Source: Candidatus Bathyarchaeota archaeon (lineage in GTDB: Archaea > Thermoproteota > Bathyarchaeia > Bathyarchaeales > Bathycorpusculaceae). Taken from it: a stretch of 64,000 nucleotides of DNA. The notes under the pieces were generated by a model. It worked only from the letters and a program-made list of their open reading frames with translations. It was not told where the DNA came from and did not search any database. Numbering within the stretch: the first letter of the stretch is position 1; every line of letters starts with the position of its first letter. The translations under genes were made by a program, and so were the position numbers. The stretch spans positions 128,001 through 192,000 of the forward strand of contig CAVYHV010000006.1 in the NCBI GenBank assembly GCA_963768425.1, written 5' to 3'. Below are positions 60,933-64,000 of the stretch, piece by piece.

Positions 60933-61357
60933 GCTTCGTTCCCACCTCCAAGATAGTTGTGTAGAAACGTGTTTATGGCAAATATTGATTGAAGCTACTT
61001 ATAGTATTTATGAATTTGAAATTCATGTTTTTTAAAATACGGAGCGAGCGCACAATCTTTTACGTTTGTCCAGGTTCCACTGGGGCAAGTCAGGTGCATA
61101 GAATTTTCTGGCGAATGAGAAAATCCAGGAGAGCACCTGAACAACTTCCTCTTAATCGGTGAGGGTTTAAATTGAATTTGGGAAACCCCTAAACTTGCGG
61201 GCTAAAATTAAGACTTAATGCTTGATGTGAAAATCTCCAGACGTAATGCTCTTTTATCCATGTTCTAATCAGTTAACAAGTGAAGCATATTGCTATACAA
61301 GACGTATGCAAATGCTTAAAATCATTCTAAACAAGTAATGAAACGAGGAGTAAAAAC

Positions 61358-61609
61358 ATGAATAAAGGCAGACTTTATGAAGAATTAATTCCACTTGAAC
61401 AATTATCCTATAAAGGGTACAATACTCCTGAGCTTGTAAATGCTAAAATAAAGCAAATTTTAGACGAAGTTAAAAAAGAAATGCCGCCTTTCACCGAAAA
61501 ATGGGTTAATACAGAATACGAAAACCCTGATTGGAAAGCAACTTGTGAAGCTATGAACGAGAGAACATTAGCAAGAGAAAAGTGGTTTATCAAATGGTTT
61601 GGTGAATAA
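61358..61609 (+). CDS. Hypothetical protein
   Basis: GAGGAG SD; 83-aa AT-rich ORF. Confidence 0.65.
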   Translation: MNKGRLYEELIPLEQLSYKGYNTPELVNAKIKQILDEVKKEMPPFTEKWVNTEYENPDWKATCEAMNERTLAREKWFIKWFGE

Positions 61610-61855
61610 AAATGAGCGAAGCCGTGTACTCGATTCCGATACTACATGCACAATACCTTAACCTTATGTAACATGGATATACCAAACCGAGTAAACACCC
61701 TCCTCCCTATCCAAAAAAAGCTACCTTTTACGTATGGGTTGGTTGGTTGGTTGGATTAAAATTTAATCCCAAACCCAAACAGTCCAATAGCGCGCGGTTC
61801 ATGGCAAAGAAATAGCCTAACATGGCAAAAACGGATAAGTTAAATAAAATTTTGC

Positions 61856-62224
61856 TCATATGGTCACCAATGAACTAATATTCCAACTTAATACGATTAT
61901 GTAAACAATGTTGGCAGCGATAATGGATGCCACAAGAAATCCATGAATAAATCTACCCCATTTAGTTGTATTGTCTATTTTGAAAAAAATGAAGTATATT
62001 GCTGGAAAAAGTAGTAAAGGAAAAACAAATTTTCCTATCAATGAAAACTGAAGAACTGAATGCGTTTGATTAAATCGTGTTGCAAGTAAAGGGTTTCCTT
62101 CGTAGCCTCCAGAAGCCAAAATAAGTTGCGTGCTAACTGTATCTATAATTTCTTCTCCAAGTAATACCATAGCTAATTTGATAGCTAAGTTTGCCGTGAA
62201 TAGTTTTTGTGTGTTAATCAGCAC
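61856..62224 (-). CDS. DUF5658-like small membrane protein
   Basis: D..ST......G.EGNPL, K, V..WN. Confidence 0.7.
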   Translation of the reverse strand: MLINTQKLFTANLAIKLAMVLLGEEIIDTVSTQLILASGGYEGNPLLATRFNQTHSVLQFSLIGKFVFPLLLFPAIYFIFFKIDNTTKWGRFIHGFLVASIIAANIVYIIVLSWNISSLVTI

Positions 62225-62298
62225 ACGCGGTCAATAGTAAGCAGGCGTAAATTAGCATATAAAATCTGTTAGGAATCTAACTGCACAACGAGTGTATA

Positions 62299-62439
62299 TT
62301 AATCATCCATTGCCTCAATCATGGGTTGACCACAACAATCTGGCGGTTTTTCTCCTTTACAAATTGAGGAATGTGCACAGCATATTTCATAGTCAGCATT
62401 TACCTTACGACCACATTTAGTACACATGAATATTGGCAT
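62299..62439 (-). CDS. 46-aa desulforedoxin-like Cys-rich microprotein
   Basis: MPIFMCTKCGRKVNADYEICCAHSSICKGEKPPDCCGQPMIEAMDD. Confidence 0.7.
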   Translation of the reverse strand: MPIFMCTKCGRKVNADYEICCAHSSICKGEKPPDCCGQPMIEAMDD

Positions 62440-62570
62440 TTCTTATCCTATTTACAAGATATTGAACGAACATAAAAAACCTGATTCTAACCTGAAATTT
62501 TACTCAGCTACATCAGTCGTTAATTTTTTTTAATTAAAACTTAATCCCAAACCCGTAAGCAATCAAAGTG

Positions 62571-62885
62571 TCACAACACGTAGACTTCACCAATACTCAC
62601 TAAGCCGTTATCTCCAACGATTCTTTTAAGTTCTGGAAGAAGAGGTTCAAGCTTCGATTGTTCATCTATCACTTCAATAATCAAAGGCATGTTAACTGAT
62701 ACACCTTCCAAGTGTAAGGTAGATTTGCCACGCTTGCCAAATCCATTAATGCCAGTCCAAACCGTAGCACCCTCGACTCCAGATTTTATTAAAAAGTCTA
62801 TGACAAGCGTTTGAAGACGTTTACCACCCAACTCATCGTTCTTCTTTATTCGAATCGTGAGATTCCACATTTTCATTTTCATCAT
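62571..62885 (-). CDS. DUF190 PII-like protein
   Basis: GATV..GI.GFG, S.NMPLIIEVID; adjacent to crcB. Confidence 0.9.
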   Translation of the reverse strand: MMKMKMWNLTIRIKKNDELGGKRLQTLVIDFLIKSGVEGATVWTGINGFGKRGKSTLHLEGVSVNMPLIIEVIDEQSKLEPLLPELKRIVGDNGLVSIGEVYVL

Positions 62886-63268
62886 AATACCTTCGCCATT
62901 ATCAAATTGCCTAATTCTCTGCCAGCAACTACAGCACTTAACGACAAACCAACATTAGCAACAATATTCAGGATAACAAGATTAAAACGATTGCTATCCA
63001 TCAAATTACTGGTTTCAAGTGCAAATGAAGACATTGTTGTGAATGAACCACAGAACCCTATTGCGACAAGCAACGTATATTTCACATCTAAATTCAGGGC
63101 AAGAGCAACAACGGAAAAGATGCCTAAAACGAAACTTCCAATAACATTGACTATCAAAACATTAATTGGAAGCCCACCTATGGTTATTGACGATTGAATC
63201 ATTTCATACCGCAACAAAACACCTGTGACCGCCCCGATAATTAAGAAGATGAATTCAATTTCTTTCAT
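62882..63268 (-). CDS. crcB: Fluoride channel FluC/CrcB
   Basis: G...G..LRY, VNVIGSF..G, GFCGSFTTMSSF..E. Confidence 0.93.
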   Translation of the reverse strand: MKEIEFIFLIIGAVTGVLLRYEMIQSSITIGGLPINVLIVNVIGSFVLGIFSVVALALNLDVKYTLLVAIGFCGSFTTMSSFALETSNLMDSNRFNLVILNIVANVGLSLSAVVAGRELGNLIMAKVL

Positions 63269-63271
63269 TTC

Positions 63272-64000
63272 CTAAAGCCTCTTCATTATGCTAATTGCTT
63301 GAAATGTGTTTTCAAAAGTGGAAATGCCAAGGTCTGAACGAGCAAAACCGCCATTTCTATTCTGGCATTCTAACACGAAGTCAATTGTTTGTAATGGGTA
63401 TCTGCATTTCTCACCAAGCAAATCAAGGGTCAATACGCCATAATACGTATGTTCCATATATGGCATAAAACCAATTGGAATAACTGTAAATCCACCATGA
63501 GGTTTCTCGCATTTCCTTACAAACGATATTGTTTCATGGGTGTCTTCGATTTTCTTTTTTAGAAGATTTAGAGAAGCAAGAGCGTAATATGTAGAAATAA
63601 GGTCGGAGTGGTTCTGTGAGCCAAATCCACCATCCTCATTCTTAAATTGAAGCAACCATTTCGTTAAGTCATCCTTCTTAACTCGAACATTAAGTATGTT
63701 CGCAAGTTCCAAAGTTAAGAATGTCGTTGTAAATTCAGACGAGATTTCTGAAAAACCTTCTATTGAATTGAAACACCCTATAGAGTTGATGTGTGAAGTA
63801 ATTCGCTTTCTCAAACTGTTATTGATTTTTCCATTGCAAAACAATAGGGCTTTAGTAACGTAGAAAATTGGAAAAATACTCTCTGCTCTAAGTTCATTTA
63901 ACCATCTAATTGTTTTTTCAATGTTGGGAAAACTCGCATTTAGAAAACTTAGAATTGCCAACCCATAATATGTGTCCTGTGCATTGGATTCAGCACCTTG
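63272..64000 (-). CDS. Prenyltransferase/squalene-oxidase repeat protein, 5'-partial
   Basis: Repeats N.DGGFG....S....TYYA...L.LL and CQN.NGGF; frame open to the window edge. Confidence 0.82.
   Translation of the reverse strand, partial: QGAESNAQDTYYGLAILSFLNASFPNIEKTIRWLNELRAESIFPIFYVTKALLFCNGKINNSLRKRITSHINSIGCFNSIEGFSEISSEFTTTFLTLELANILNVRVKKDDLTKWLLQFKNEDGGFGSQNHSDLISTYYALASLNLLKKKIEDTHETISFVRKCEKPHGGFTVIPIGFMPYMEHTYYGVLTLDLLGEKCRYPLQTIDFVLECQNRNGGFARSDLGISTFENTFQAISIMKRL

Larger units (their letters stand above)
61755..62554. repeat. 22-bp near-identical direct repeats (61755..61776 and 62533..62554) flanking two genes
   Basis: ATTAAAATTTAATCCCAAACCC versus ATTAAAACTTAATCCCAAACCC (21/22). 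Confidence 0.75.

Noticed and set aside
1-64000. Many short ORFs antisense to or nested in recognised genes (e.g. 13833..14582, 26136..26546, 35481..35897)
   Set aside because: Shadow frames of genes with clear motifs; no independent coding signal
1-64000. CRISPR array or cas genes
   Set aside because: No regularly spaced repeats with unique spacers and no Cas motifs seen

Overview
Archaeal chromosomal window, probably Bathyarchaeia (inferred from TFB, aIF1/SUI1, mre11-rad50, many TTG/GTG starts, and expanded beta-propeller and beta-helix surface proteins with C-terminal TM plus basic-tail anchors). 1-38 kb is mostly intact housekeeping, redox and cell-envelope genes: msrB, lsrF-like, nfeD, glycosyl- and acyltransferases, tRNA-Gln(TTG), tfb, aIF1, UDG, bcp, mre11, rad50, cbiZ and a radical SAM gene. 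41.7-64 kb is an accessory patchwork with an IS110 remnant, a frameshifted histidine kinase and BtuFCD-like ABC transporter, ppk2 and crcB. Best candidate for an undescribed system: a CysRS paralog with a rewired Cys/Zn pocket and no anticodon-binding tail (MshC-like architecture), 15 nt downstream of a peroxiredoxin. Other leads are a structured IS110 left end (bridge-RNA candidate), a beta-propeller/GT-C fusion, a 28-30.7 kb island of Zn microproteins and long-stem RNA candidates, a recurring 15-bp palindrome bounding a two-gene unit, and possible ATC start codons. All calls come from reading motifs by eye; no database searches were run.
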